From NCBI GenBank assembly GCA_951406725.2, contig OX597816.1:93806001-93870000 (forward strand): a DNA stretch of 64,000 nucleotides, in the 5' to 3' direction. The DNA comes from Octopus vulgaris. Its lineage: Eukaryota. Under the pieces are notes generated by a model, which did no database searches, was not told the DNA's origin, and was given only the letters and a program-made list of their open reading frames with translations. Of the stretch, positions 39,679 to 53,254 are shown piece by piece (position 1 is the first letter of the stretch; every line of letters starts with the position of its first letter). The position numbers and the translations under genes are program-made.

Positions 39679-39752
<74 letters not shown>

Positions 39753-39756
<4 letters not shown>

Positions 39757-40027
39757 TCATCGCAGAGTATACACGCAGCAAGTATAGATGGGCTGGACAC
39801 GTCGCCCGGCTCACCGATAATCGGTGGACGCACGCAGTTGTCGAGTGGTACCCGTGTGAGCAGAAAAGATCACCCGGAAGACCTCCACGTCGGTGGAGTT
39901 ACGATTTCAGGAGGACGATTGGGATCACGTGGATGAGAAAGGTGCGATCCAGAGAGGAGTGGACAGCGTGCTGTGACCAGCGGTGTCAAATGGACGCCTG
40001 ACGGACTGGTCAGTCAAGGTGATCAAA

Positions 40028-40030
<3 letters not shown>
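39753..40030 (+). mobile_element. RTE-type LINE 3' end
   Basis: KYRWAGHVARLTDNRWTHAVVEWYP..KRSPGRPPRRW..D....W......REEW. Confidence 0.9.
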
Positions 40031-40097
<67 letters not shown>

Positions 40098-40549
40098 ATA
40101 TAATCACCTTATTTTGAAATGGTATGGATAATACCGTACTAAATTCTGGTGCCCCAACTTAAGTACCATATTCATCTGAATCCACACACACACACACACA
40201 CATATATATTATTTATTATTCATTATTATTTAATTGAACGTGACGCATCCATTTTCCCAGTAAGTTTATATATATATATATGTGTGTGTGTGTGTTTGTG
40301 TTTGTTTGTGTGTGTTTATGTGTGTGTATATACAGATATATATATGCATTTACATTTATATATGCATACACGCACAAACACACACGCATACACACGCGCG
40401 CAAGCGCACGCACACGCACATACACATAATTACATTCGCTCCCCTTTATTAACACTTTCATTTTGTCTAATTTCCTTACAATCCAAATAAATATTTTGAA
40501 ATACATTCTCCCTATTCATATTGCTAATAAGGTAATAATGTCTTGCAGC

Positions 40550-41359
40550 TTTCTAGATGTTTCCTAAAGAGGAAATCAAGATGAAATCAATAAGAAATAT
40601 AATCCACAGAATTATTTAATTATAGATTTTTTTTAATAACGTCGGCGACGAAAGAGTAGACATCTCATAAAAACTGAATTATTGCTGATAAATTAGAAAA
40701 TCTCTCGCTCTAAAACCGAGCCATAATTCTCTTGGCTGATTATGTTGGGGTTATTATCGATAAGCTTCAGTAGATGGTGCTTTTGTCGCCAGCTAACCTC
40801 GCACATCCTAATCAAGAGATATTGCCAAACTCGTTGATCACGGTCTGGAAATGTTAGACTTCGAGGTTTCCTTTTCTATAACATGCCAATTTCTATTCAG
40901 ATATATAATTAAACCTCAACTTTCCTTTCCTATTTTTTAATCATTCCTTATTGATTGAGTTTTATTTTATTGACTTAAAGTGATAATGATTTAGATAGAT
41001 ATTAAGTGGAGTCTAACCATAACCCTCTTTAAAACGAGAGATAACACGCCAAGCAATGATGCAATCAGATATTTTACATCCATTCATCGAGTTTGATGAA
41101 TATGAGTGACATGCAGTTTAGCCTTCTGCAGACTTATAGCTGCAGAGTAAACGTAGGGTGGGACTATTCTAGGACGCAAAAATTTCTGGTTAGAACACAT
41201 TTCCAGTACTAGAGTGTTCAAATATAACAGAAGTTGTGAAAAGTGAGTTTTGGGAGTGTTTTGTTAGTAGTAGTGTGCAGCTTATTAATTCACAGATGAT
41301 TCAGAAGCTAATCTAGTAATTCTAGGAGAGAGAGCGAGAGAGAGCGAGAGAGAGAGAGA

Positions 41360-41424
<65 letters not shown>

Positions 41425-42800
41425 ATAATAGTGCATATTTTTATAAGCATTTGCTGCATTATTTATTTATATATTAGTTGAAGTCCAGATAATGTTCGTA
41501 GCAACAGTGTGCTCTGTAGAAACTCAGCAAATTATCTGGGTAGAAGAGTTTAATGTATTTATGTGAAAGCCGAATCTTTGGGATAAAGAAATGCAAGTTT
41601 GTGGAGTTCTGCTATGATGTATTCAGAAGTAGATGGTGTTGTTAGATTGTTTTTTGAATATGTGTATTAACTGTGTTTTAATTATTGCGAAAAAGGAAGG
41701 GTGTTATGTTCTCAATAGAAGATTTTTCTTCGAATTTTTTTTTACCATAGAAGTAGTGCAACTCTAGCGGGTGGTGTCAGGGTAGCATAGGGACGAGTTA
41801 TGCACGATACATACAATATGTATCGGAGTACATATGGTAAAAGTAAATGGTCATTAATGTATAAAACGGTGTAGGAGTCATTATCAAATTCTGCAACATA
41901 CGGAATTCATTGAATGTGGGTCGCGGTGACAAGGAAGATGTGAATCATGATGTGAGAAACAGCTGGAACATTTAGACTGGTAACTTTGCAAAAATGCTAC
42001 CGTATCAGTCGAAGTCAAAGTCTTTGTTGTATCCAAAGAGGCAACATGAATTCGTTGATGCTTTAAGTGTAGTAGATTTGGCTCTATGTGCACTATATGT
42101 GAAAGGAAAAGACAGTTGTTTACGACTTCAACATCTCTTTTCAGAAGTGTAAATATGTGACAGTAACGGATGTTTCTATGGGTTAGAGTCGATTCTTGTC
42201 TTGAGAGATAATAACAGAAGGTAGAAGCTTGATTGGGAGAGGGTAATGGAAGGAACAGGTATCAAAAGAAGAAGCATTGGAACATTATATGCATGAACGA
42301 TACTACGGAGCCATCTTGACTTGGTTAAGGAATAATGGAGTGAAGTATTCTGTAAAAGTTTTGCAAAAACACCACCATTTACTTTCTTGATGCTCATTTA
42401 ACAAACATTGCGATATGTAAACGTTAGTATTGCTCAGGCATTTCTTGCAAGTGTTGCAGACAGAGTTCTTCATTAATTGCGTTTATTGTGTAGATGAATT
42501 TCGATCCGAGTTGGTTGGAGAGTTACCTCGAACACGCCTTTAAAAGATAGCAAGAGATGATATTCTTAATGCGAAGTTTAGATTTAAAGATCAGAGTATT
42601 TGGATAGTTAGTATGTCTGCCAAAAATACGGGGATGGGGGAAAATGCTAACCGGAACAGACACCATGGCAAATGTTTTGGCCTCTACGCTCGTGAAGTCT
42701 GTATCCGAGATGAATTTTGCACACTGAAGTAACCGGAGATGATGACGTCAAACATTAGGGACTTGAGTTATTTGTCTTCTGCGTAAGGCAAGAAGCAGTC
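40550..42800 (-). mobile_element. Possible very old LINE ORF1/APE remnant
   Basis: Strand-biased non-repetitive block with Cys/His-containing fragments. No clean motif recognised. Confidence 0.25.
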
Positions 42801-42872
42801 AAACACCTGATTATAAGGTGAACTGACTCAACCACAACGATTTAATTTGTTGTTATTGATGTTGAAATTATG

Positions 42873-42916
<44 letters not shown>

Positions 42917-43119
42917 TGCTGTTTTTGTTTTTGCTGATGTCAATGACGATGGACATGATGATAGCCGTGATGATGTACTTGGTGTATTTCATTAATATTT
43001 CTAAAATTGTCAATGCTTTTGATACTGTATTTTATTTTGTGTAAACATAGCAATACCGATTCCTTCTTCCTCCTCTCCCACCACCTCCTTCTCCTCCTCC
43101 TCCAATCTCCTGCATCCGC

Positions 43120-43185
43120 ACTCACACCTTCCTCACCAACCACTATTTAAAGAAATGCAAATTTCATGTTTGAAATATGGCGGAC
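43120..43185 (-). promoter_or_regulatory. Candidate promoter / non-coding first exon
   Basis: YY1-type CCGCCATATT (43183-43174), octamer ATGCAAAT (43155-43162), GTGAGT donor (43125-43120). Confidence 0.3.
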
Positions 43186-43597
43186 GCACAAAAAGACAAT
43201 ATAGAGAAATAACAACATCAAGGAAATAACTAAAACTGTGATTATAAAAAAAAAAGACGACGACGACGATGACAACAACAACAACAACAACGATGACGTG
43301 GATGACGAGGGGGGAAAATACGGAGCAAAAGAAGTAAGAATAATATTAGTAATAAGTCAACAGAACTAATAAATATCGAATCACATGGCCACCGGTAGCT
43401 GAGCATTATGTAGTACCAGGAGACGACTAGCGATCTACAGACAGTATGTCTGTGAATACACGCCAACATATCTGTCAAGCATATGAGTTTGTTATAGGTT
43501 ACTGTCTAGACGGTGCCAGAGGTTTGGCCGCCACCTTATGGTTTTGTAAATTTTCCATCATCTAGTCTATGTGAATTGTACAAAGTTAGTTGTTCAA

Positions 43598-43698
<101 letters not shown>

Positions 43699-43820
43699 TG
43701 TGTATGTATGTATGTATGTATGTATGTATGTACGAAATACGCCACCCCATTGCTTCAAACGTTGGGTAGTGCATTACTTGTTAGTCGCGCTGAATTTTTC
43801 ATTGCTTTATTCTGCTCTAC

Positions 43821-43919
<99 letters not shown>

Positions 43920-44344
43920 ATGTGTGTGTGAGTGTGTGTGTGTTTGTGTGCGCGCGCGCGGAAAATGGTATGCATATTATCTGTGTATTTATGTGTGTGC
44001 GTGTGTGTATACATTTGTATATATTTATGTTTGTACGTACATACATAGATATGTGCGTTTGCGTGTGTGTGTGTGCAAGCATGCTTGTTTATAAACACAC
44101 TCAAACACAGCCAAAACGTTTATACATATATATATATGTGTGTGTATGTGTGTGTTTGTATCAGTGACTGAGTGTGTGTATGAGCTTATGTGTGTGTGTG
44201 TGTTTGTGCGTGTCTGCCTGCATGCGCGGCTGTAAGCGTAATATGAAAAGCAAGTAGTAGTTGTAAATAATTCAGAGACACGCAAACATACACACACGCT
44301 CGTGCGCACATACACACATACAAGCGTATCTATATTTATATGTA

Positions 44345-44485
<141 letters not shown>

Positions 44486-44496
44486 TATATAGAAGG

Positions 44497-44547
44497 AGCT
44501 TCTACAGGACTAGTACTGTTTCATTCAAGAGAAATCTTCAGGAAGCT
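44497..44547 (-). ncRNA. Type I hammerhead ribozyme
   Basis: AGCUUC-CUGAAGA-uUUC-ucuu-GAAu-GAA-ACAG-uacuaguc-CUGU-A-GAAGCU. 6-bp stem I, 4-bp stem III, GUA triplet. The stem II base pair is non-canonical (U-U). Confidence 0.8.
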
Positions 44548-44806
44548 ATTTAACAAGAATTGTATTAGCATTTATACATTTAGGCAGGTTTAAAGGAGTG
44601 GTGGTGGGGGACTTTTTTGGGGGTAGGCATAGCGCAAAATATCATACTTGGGGGAGTGGTCACGGAGTCAGTGGTAAGTTAGATGAAAGAATAGATAAAT
44701 AAAAAAATAAATAAAAAAATAAAAAAATAAAAAAATAAAAAAATAAAAAATAAATAAAAAAATAAAAAAATAAAATAATAAAATAAAATAATAAAAGAAT
44801 AAAAAA

Positions 44807-44885
<79 letters not shown>

Positions 44886-44888
<3 letters not shown>

Positions 44889-45015
44889 AGATTAATCAGC
44901 TGAAATTGCGAGGATGATCCGGTTCTTGACTGAGGATTGAAGGCTTCGAATATCCCGTCCGTGTTTTTTGTATCGTCTTCTAAATGTTTTGCGTTCTTGT
45001 CCCAGTTTGTATTTT
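44886..45015 (+). mobile_element. Family A element, 5'-truncated (copy 2)
   Basis: (TA)n|tcaagattaatcagctgaaattgcgaggatgatccggttcttgactgagga...ttgcgttcttgtccca. Confidence 0.85.
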
Positions 45016-45024
45016 TACATATAC

Positions 45025-45091
<67 letters not shown>

Positions 45092-45549
45092 AGTGGATAC
45101 GATGACATATTAAAATCACTTAATTCCAGTATCAGAATATGTGTACCTTTCATACAGCGTTGTTGTTCTCATGAATAGAAACAAGAAAATAAATAACAAA
45201 TATACGTAGAAAAATACACATGCCATGCCCGATCCCCCATCATCCAAATTATCGATAGATATTTCTTGCAGATGCAGACAGATTCAACGCAAACCGGGTG
45301 CTTATAAATATTCTAATTATATGACCAATATCCAACATATAAGTATGTAAACAAGCACACATATGTATGTATACATGGGAGGAGGCTTCCTGAACATGAA
45401 ACCAATGGTAGCCTTGATGTTCAAATAAAGAATCTTTATCCAACAATGTGTATTTGAACACTCATTCTCATTGTTCGTTTAGATATTTACGTGTATATCT
45501 ACTATCTATCTATCATTCTATCTATCTGTCTATCTCTCTGTATGTGTAA

Positions 45550-45642
<93 letters not shown>

Positions 45643-45647
<5 letters not shown>

Positions 45648-46215
45648 CTGTCCTTTTTCTCGCCCCTCCTTAATTCTTCTGTCCCTCTGCTTCTACTTCT
45701 CTCTCTTCTCTTCTCATATGACTGCCGGTCATCCTAGCTTCTTCTTTCTTGGTCTGACCGCCATCCATGCAACATCGATATTCTTCTCAGTGTCTGTGAA
45801 ATCTGTGTATCTCTGCCGTAAGGCTTCATTTCCACACGCGCCAGCTTAATTCAATTCGTCCTTAGTTGAAAGACACCTGTTGTTATGTCCTGTTATTATT
45901 TTTATTGTAGTTCTTATTGTATTTCTATTTGTGTAACTTTGTCCGTTTTTTCCGTCCTTGATTTTGCATACATTCACTGCTTTCTTCCAAGGAATCTAAT
46001 CTCTTACCTTAGTTTTCCCTTCGGGCTGGCCAGATTGGAGCAATCCCAAGAATAATCAGCCGAAATTGCGAGGATAATCTGGTGCTTGACTGAGGGTAGA
46101 GGGCTGCGAATGACCTGTCCTTGTTTTCTTTGTATCGTCTATCTGGATGTTTTGTTGTCCCTTTTTGTATCACCTAGCTGTTCTGATATTTTGCGTTCTT
46201 TTCCCATTTTGTATT
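45643..46215 (+). mobile_element. Family A element, longest copy (copy 3)
   Basis: Flanked by (TA)n and homologous to 14502-14900, with extra 5' pyrimidine-rich sequence. Confidence 0.85.
46011..46105 (+). ncRNA. Candidate permuted hammerhead ribozyme with kink-turn (family A)
   Basis: GGCUGG-CCAGAUU-G-GA-GCAAU-C-cCAAG..CAGCC-GAA-AUUGC-GAG-GA-U-AAUCUGG-ug-CUUGa-CUGAGGG. Confidence 0.55.
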
Positions 46216-46520
46216 ATTTATATATGTGTGTGTGTATGTGTGTGTGTGTGTGTGTTTGTATATATGTATGTATATATACATATAATTATTACGCAAAGTA
46301 ATTACTCAAATGTAGAAGTGTGCGTATTTTATAAAGGTTAAAATACCTGCTGCGTTTAGTATTAGTCAACTGTGGCTCAAATTTTATACGCTACCCCATC
46401 CAGAATTATTTGGCCTTCGTCTAATCGAACTGGGTGTGTATGAGTGAAGCGTGGAACTTTATATTGAGCCAAGATATTGGATTACATGTTGCTCCTTCCA
46501 TGTTGCACTTCTATACTATA

Positions 46521-46603
<83 letters not shown>

Positions 46604-46759
46604 GTGTGTGTGTGCGCGCGCGCGTGTGCGTAATGACACATTCAGCAAGAAAAGCAGACCAACAATAAAGTAATTACCAGGAGTTTGGCTGTCCCTTAAG
46701 TATAATATCTCTTAATTTTGTGAATTTTATCTTCCTAGAATAGCAAAATACTCATGTAT

Positions 46760-47450
46760 ATTTAAATGATAAACTTCTGGAAAGATTTACAGATTTTTAA
46801 AGTTCCAGTGATGGATTGAATCTGTAGTCTTCGAATTAGCTTTCTCCTTTCTGGTTTTGAGAAGCCTAATTTCTCAAGATTCGGATTTAGGCAGTGTGTT
46901 TCATATCCCATTTCCCTAATAATTACATGTATAAACCTGAGCTTGGAATCTGGATAGAGTAAGTGCAGATTTCTCAATAGTGCAGCATAGGCGGGTTTTT
47001 TTTTCACTGATTTTCAGTTTTATATTAACATCCGCTGGGCAGCTAATTATCACAACTGTACCCAGTTACTCTGCTCAAACCCAAATCATTATATCGGGTA
47101 CTTACATTTTATTTAGGTCTTCACTGGTACATTCCACCAGTATTTCTTTTTATTATGAGTGGCTCTGGCTTCTACCATATTGTGGGTTCTTATTTCTTTG
47201 TTTTCGGGATTATCCTTCCGACGGATTTCATTATAGAGGGTCCGAGCTATAACGTCATGTCTTATCAGTAGATAATACTGTGATGACATTTTCGGGCAAC
47301 TCCTTATGATATGGGGAATATCTTCAGTGTGTACTCCACAAAGTCAGCATCGGTTGTCACACTTTACGGTTTTATCTGCATCTCCATCCCTTTTATGAAT
47401 CAGGTACTTGGTATTTCTTGTTCCTGGATTGCAAAGGCATACTCTCAAAG
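46760..47450 (-). mobile_element. RLE-type non-LTR (R4-like) 3' fragment
   Basis: CCHC knuckle C*LCGVHTEDIPHIIRSC, then RHDVIAR, PDIMIW, SCPADVNI, YAALLRNLHLLYP. Confidence 0.8.
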
Positions 47451-47579
47451 TGGGAGGTAGCAATATATATACAAGGATCAAAAAAGTTTGATTCAAATTC
47501 ATTGGTACTCTTGAGTTTCAAGCATGGTGCTAGTCGCCAATCATTTTGAAATTGAATGACAGAAGTTGATTGCTATTAT

Positions 47580-49560
47580 CTTTAAAGTGGGTTGTGATTG
47601 GTTGAGAAAGGTCATGCGGTGTCGTGGTTTGATGTTGGTATATGAGTAAGAGTTAGTAGGAAAATACAGCATGGTGAACAGAAAATAGACCACGTGGCGA
47701 TTAGGAAATCGGTCAACTTGTTGGGGGAAGTAAGAAGGGGTGGAATGTGCAAGTATATAGTTCTATATGTGGATGTGGAAACGCCTTGATATGGTTTTGT
47801 GTGCATGTGCGTGTTGATGCAATCGTGCGCACTTGTACATGGGAGCGCACGCGCATGTCTGTACACACACAAACACACATACATACGCTTCACACACACA
47901 CACATACGCTTTACACACACACACACATACGTACGCTTAGACAAACATGCACGCGCGCACACGCACACATACACGCGCATACACACACATGCACACACAT
48001 ACTCGCATACACACACATGCGTATTCATTCATATGTACATATGTATATTTGCATGCATGTATGCATGCATACCAGGGTGCATTCGCGCGTGTGTGTGTGA
48101 GTATACAAACGCAATAAAGCGTTGGGGATTGGTAAGCGTTGGGAATAGGTATGCGTTGAGAATTAGTATGCTTTGGAGGGTTGGTAAAAGTTGGGGATTG
48201 GTAATTGGCGGTCCTGCTCATAGGGTTGGTTGGTAGCGGTGGCCTTGGTGCAGGCGGGGTAGAGCAGCAGCTGGTGCTAAGGTGGTATATCCGAATTGTC
48301 GGCAGTCAGAGGCTTGAAATTTTCCAGAACGGCATACCACTAGTGAGAGCAAAACGATAAATCTTTTTTCTTGTTGATGGATACAGCGGGTTTTTGGAGA
48401 TATGCAGTTTTTCGCGGAGGCAGAGCTGGCAGTTGGAGGTGCCGGATGAATATGATTGTGCTCTGTCGACAATAGTCCACTTGATCCTGGATATTTCACC
48501 TCGGAAATCACGGAGTCTCCAGACAAAGCGAAACAGAGAACTAGAATTCTTTCTGTCCTTGGATCTAAACGAGTGCATATACTGGGAGTATTTTTTCTTG
48601 AAGTTATTAGTTGTCATACCTGTATATTGCCTAGTAATGCCATCGGATGGTGAAAAGATGGCTCTGTATACTACGGCCCTTGATAGGCAAGATCCTTCTA
48701 GAGGGTACATGGTGGGGTTTCGGAAGTTGCAAGTTGGGATTGGGGGAAGTTTGGGTGCATTTGTACGTCTGTTGATGCGTGCGATATTAGATGCGATGTT
48801 GTCTACGCAAGAGTATCTTATCTTGACATTATGAGGGTTGAAGAGTTTGTGATACTGATGGCCTCTAGGGGAAGTGTTTCTTAATTAGCGACAGGAATCC
48901 CCTAGCAAAATTGATGGAAACTTCTGGGTTGAAATGGTGGGGTATACCATATAATTTTCCTTCTTCTGTCTCTTTGGGGTGAGGAGAGGGTGTTTGAGGT
49001 TTGTCCACATACGTGAGCTTCCCAGTAGACCCGCTCCTAGCCAAAGCAACGTTGTAGTGGGGGGCAACCCTGCTAAAGTTCTCTCTTTTGGCCGAGAGAT
49101 TAGATAGTCGTTTACTAATGCCGGGAGCCAGGCTTTTAATTACAGCGTGGGGTGGATTGAGCCCTTGTGGATGTATAGTGTATCCTTGTTAGGTTTCCTG
49201 TACGGATAATACTTGCCTGTACTAAGGTCTAAGGTTACGTCCAAGAAATTGAACATAGTCAGGTTGGTGGTAACCGTTATGGACAGGCCGAACTCCTTAA
49301 ATATTTTTATCAAATTCTTCCTGAACTTGTCCATGGTGTGGGCGTTCATATAGCTTGAGAGAACCAGGCCGTCGTCCCTATAGAGGTAGGTACGTCTCTT
49401 CAGGATATCTAAGATGTATAACCAGACAAGATAGGCGATTTCAGTGCCGTCAAAGCTCCCTACAGAGACGTCGAACAATGGGTCACCTTCTTTTTTCACC
49501 CAGAAGGAATCGTTATGGGCCAGAATTGACTTGGGGTCGATTTGTTCGACTAATATCCCT
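47580..49560 (-). mobile_element. Penelope-like element (RT C-terminus + GIY-YIG endonuclease + 3' region), decayed
   Basis: FDVSVGSFDG, LYRDDGL, NFLDVTLDL..YYPYRKPN. GIY-YIG region PLEGSCL..VVYRA..YTGMT..FK..CQLCLREK. Confidence 0.92.
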
Positions 49561-49754
49561 TAAAGTGGTGCTCTAGCATGACCACAGTCAAATAGCCTAA
49601 ACAAAAGACTGTCCTTACAGTTTCGGGCAGTTACACTTGAGCATATATCTTTATGTATGCATACATATATACACATGCATACATATACATACATATACAC
49701 GAACATACATATATATATATATACATACATATATTTATATACATATATACATAT

Positions 49755-49859
<105 letters not shown>

Positions 49860-49964
49860 TATATATAAATATATATATATATATATACACATATATATAT
49901 GATTGATTGATTCTAGTTTCAGCTTATGAGCTGTGGCCATGCTGGGGCACCGCCATATATATAT

Positions 49965-50068
<104 letters not shown>

Positions 50069-50189
50069 TTCATTAATGAGAATCAAATATTCTCCGTATA
50101 GAATGCACTTCTTAGTTCCCAAGACATTTAAACTTGTGCGGGTATAGAAGTAAATGTTGGGATAAGCAAGTTAGAAAATGAATATATCT

Positions 50190-50400
50190 TCTTTTCTACT
50201 CTAGGCACAAAGCCCGAAATTTTGGGGAAGGGGCTAGTCGATTAGATCGCCCCAGTACGCAACTGGTACTTAATTTATCGATCTCGAAAGGATGAAAGGC
50301 AAAGTCGACCTCAGCGAAATTTGAACTCAGAAAGTAAAGATAGACGAAATACCGCTAAGCATTTCGCGCGGCATGCTAACATTTCTACCATCTCGCTGCC
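50190..50400 (-). mobile_element. SINE (Meta-like domain family)
   Basis: gaaaggatgaaaggcaaagtcgacctc...tttgaactcagaa...gacgaaataccgctaagcatttcg. Confidence 0.9.
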
Positions 50401-50868
50401 TTACATAATTTATATATTGATCTGTCTAACCTGCTTATTCCTTCATTTACTTCTACAAATATATATACATACATATGTATACATACATATTTACATACAT
50501 ATGTATACATACACACTCGCGTGCGTGCACACACACTAACACAATGAGCGTTCACATACGACATTCCCTCACAAGGCATTCGTGGGCCTGGGGCTACTGC
50601 AGAAGACACTAGTCCGGAGTGCTGTGCAGAGGGGCTGAACCCCGAAATCACGTGGAGCTTAACTACGGCACTTTACCATATATGTGTGCGTTCATACATG
50701 CATTTATGTATATACGCGTGCATGTTTGTATGCATGTATGTGTGTGTGATTATTATTAATAATTTTAACGCATGCGTGCACACACATATACATACACACA
50801 TAAAAACATGGCTATAGATTCTGAGTATTCTAACAGATCATAATGTGATCCTTATATTGTCCTTTGTA

Positions 50869-50972
50869 CACCCTGATGATTTTCCGTCCAAAGTAATTTA
50901 AAATGCAAAATTATATATCAATATATATTTTGTAGCTATAATTTTGTTTGTTAACTGAAACCATTGTAGGTG
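50869..50972 (+). ncRNA. Type I hammerhead-like motif with a long stem II
   Basis: CACC-CUGAUGA-[77 nt incl. gcaaaattata/tataattttgt helix]-GAA-AC-cauu-GU-A-GGUG. The base of stem II is degenerate. Confidence 0.5.
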
Positions 50973-51111
50973 AATATGTTAGCTAATTAATACATTAATT
51001 TGTATGTATTATATCTCTCTGTTTTCAAACTTAATAAAATACATACGCACACACACACACGCACACACACATATCTGTAAATGTAATATGTGACAATTAT
51101 TCGGTAGCCAT

Positions 51112-51172
51112 GATAAAACTCCGAGTTTCGGATGCCAAGTTTGAAATCTACGTCGTCATCTCTTCAGTTATC
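51112..51172 (-). ncRNA. Type I hammerhead with near-palindromic stem III, inside a TA-flanked element (about 51072-51297)
   Basis: GAUAA-CUGAAGA-GAUG...CAUC-C-GAA-ACUC-g-GAGU-U-UUAUC. Confidence 0.7.
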
Positions 51173-51293
51173 CGGCCATCGGGAAAATGCTATGAAAAAT
51201 GACCGTTAGACAAAGGGAAATTACTGTGTGATTGACCGTTTTTAAGACAAAAGAGCTATTTGAATGACCGCTAATGTCTTACCATTTTTACCA

Positions 51294-51367
<74 letters not shown>

Positions 51368-51444
51368 ACACATGGGGCGGTAGGGGAGGCGCTGCATTAA
51401 ATGAACTGTTGCATATAAACTATAACGTATGTATATCAAAGTGC

Positions 51445-51503
<59 letters not shown>

Positions 51504-51917
51504 TTGTATATATTCATATACGCATGTGTGCACATGTGTATTTGTGCTTAAACGCCCGCGCGTGTTTGTGTGTGTAAACATACACTTGCATTTACAAACG
51601 AGCTTCATGTCTGCTTGCCAAGGGAAAACAATCTGCGAAAGTGTAGTGCGAATTAGGAGATAAGAAGAGTGTTAGTACTTCAAGGTTTAAGGAACAATTG
51701 CGCTCAACATATATCTTAGCTCTTTTGACGACCTCTAAGAGTTGTTTCAAGAAGCTTTATCTAACAACCAGAGCATACCATTGGCTGCTTAGCACTAAGG
51801 AAATAATAAGCAATCTGAACAACTCTGAATCGATGGAGATAGATATATTTCTCACAGCAGAACTATAGCTGCTGCTGGTTCTGGTGCTGGGGCTGATCCT
51901 ACTAGATAGATAGAGCG

Positions 51918-51948
<31 letters not shown>

Positions 51949-51962
51949 CTCACACACACACG

Positions 51963-52001
<39 letters not shown>

Positions 52002-52519
52002 ACATGAATATATATGAAAAGTAACAAGCATAATGAGAATGACGCCAGACGACCATTGTAAAATTCATTAGATAGATAGCAGCCCTAGAAGAGACAGATT
52101 CCACCATTTATATCTACATTGACCCATTTACGAGTAAAGTCTTACAAACATATATATTTTATATATATATTTATATACATTTATATATATATATATATAT
52201 ATACTCATACACGCACGTACATATACATACATATATATATATATACGCACACACACAACAACGTTAAAACATAATTCCAACAGCTTTTTAATTTATCATT
52301 TCTCTATGATCTTCAGTGTCTAGACAGTTGTTTTTACTCTGATATATTTGGTAGTTTTAAAGCATTTAAATGCATAACAACATTTCTCAACTGTCCTATA
52401 ATTTAACGAATCTGGTTATTGCTTACTTCATACATACATACATACATACATACATACATACATACATACATACATACATACATACATACATACATACATA
52501 CATACGTACATACATACAT

Positions 52520-52770
52520 GTGAAGGCGCGTGGCCTAGCGATTATGCTGTTGCACTTGGAATCGCCTGATCGTGTGTTCGATTCCCAGACCGGGCTGAGC
52601 AAAGCACTTCATTTCACGTTGCTCCAGTCCGCTTTTGATCAAAGGAGAATGTTGGCCTGCTCGTCTAGTTAACGGGGTGTCGTCATTCGGTGGATAAAAC
52701 GATGCAAAGCGCATTGCCACCAGCGATGTACAACATCTGATAGTCTGGTCGGGCACACGGTCATGTGATA
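52520..52770 (+). mobile_element. CORE-type SINE
   Basis: gtgaaggcgcgtggcctagcg...gttcgattccc...gagcaaagcacttcatttcacgttgctccagtcc. Confidence 0.8.
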
Positions 52771-52799
52771 TATATATATAAATATATATATAACCTTGT

Positions 52800-53011
52800 A
52801 TTTGTGTTAGTCATTTGGCTGTTGCTATGCTAGGGCACCACCTTTTAGTCGAACGAATCAAGCCAGCAATTTTTTAAAGCCTAGTACTTATTCTATCGGG
52901 CTCTCCATCGAACTGCTAAGTAACGGGCACGTACACAAACCAACAAGAGTTGTCAAGTGGTGTTGGGGACAAACACAGACGCACAAATACACACACATAC
53001 ACACACACACA

Positions 53012-53083
<72 letters not shown>

Positions 53084-53245
53084 GACATACATATATACGA
53101 CGGGATTCTTTCAGTTTCCGTCTACCAAATCCACTCACAATGCTTTGGTCGGCCCGAGGCTATAGTAGAAGACACCTGCCCAAGGTGCCACGCAGTGGGA
53201 CTGAACCCAGAATCATGTGGTTCGTGAGCAAGCTATTTACCACAT
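52800..53245 (-). mobile_element. OR-like CORE SINE with an internal microsatellite
   Basis: Head matches 22610-22712 and tail matches 9660-9880. Confidence 0.85.
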
Positions 53246-53254
53246 ATATTTATT

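Noticed and set aside
46011-46105. SAM-I-like riboswitch (k-turn plus pseudoknot)
   Set aside because: It lacks the SAM-I core sequence and helix order, and it sits in a eukaryotic repeat.
52270-52320. Minus-strand CTGAAGA with a small hairpin
   Set aside because: GAAA and stem I are not recoverable. At best a very decayed relic.
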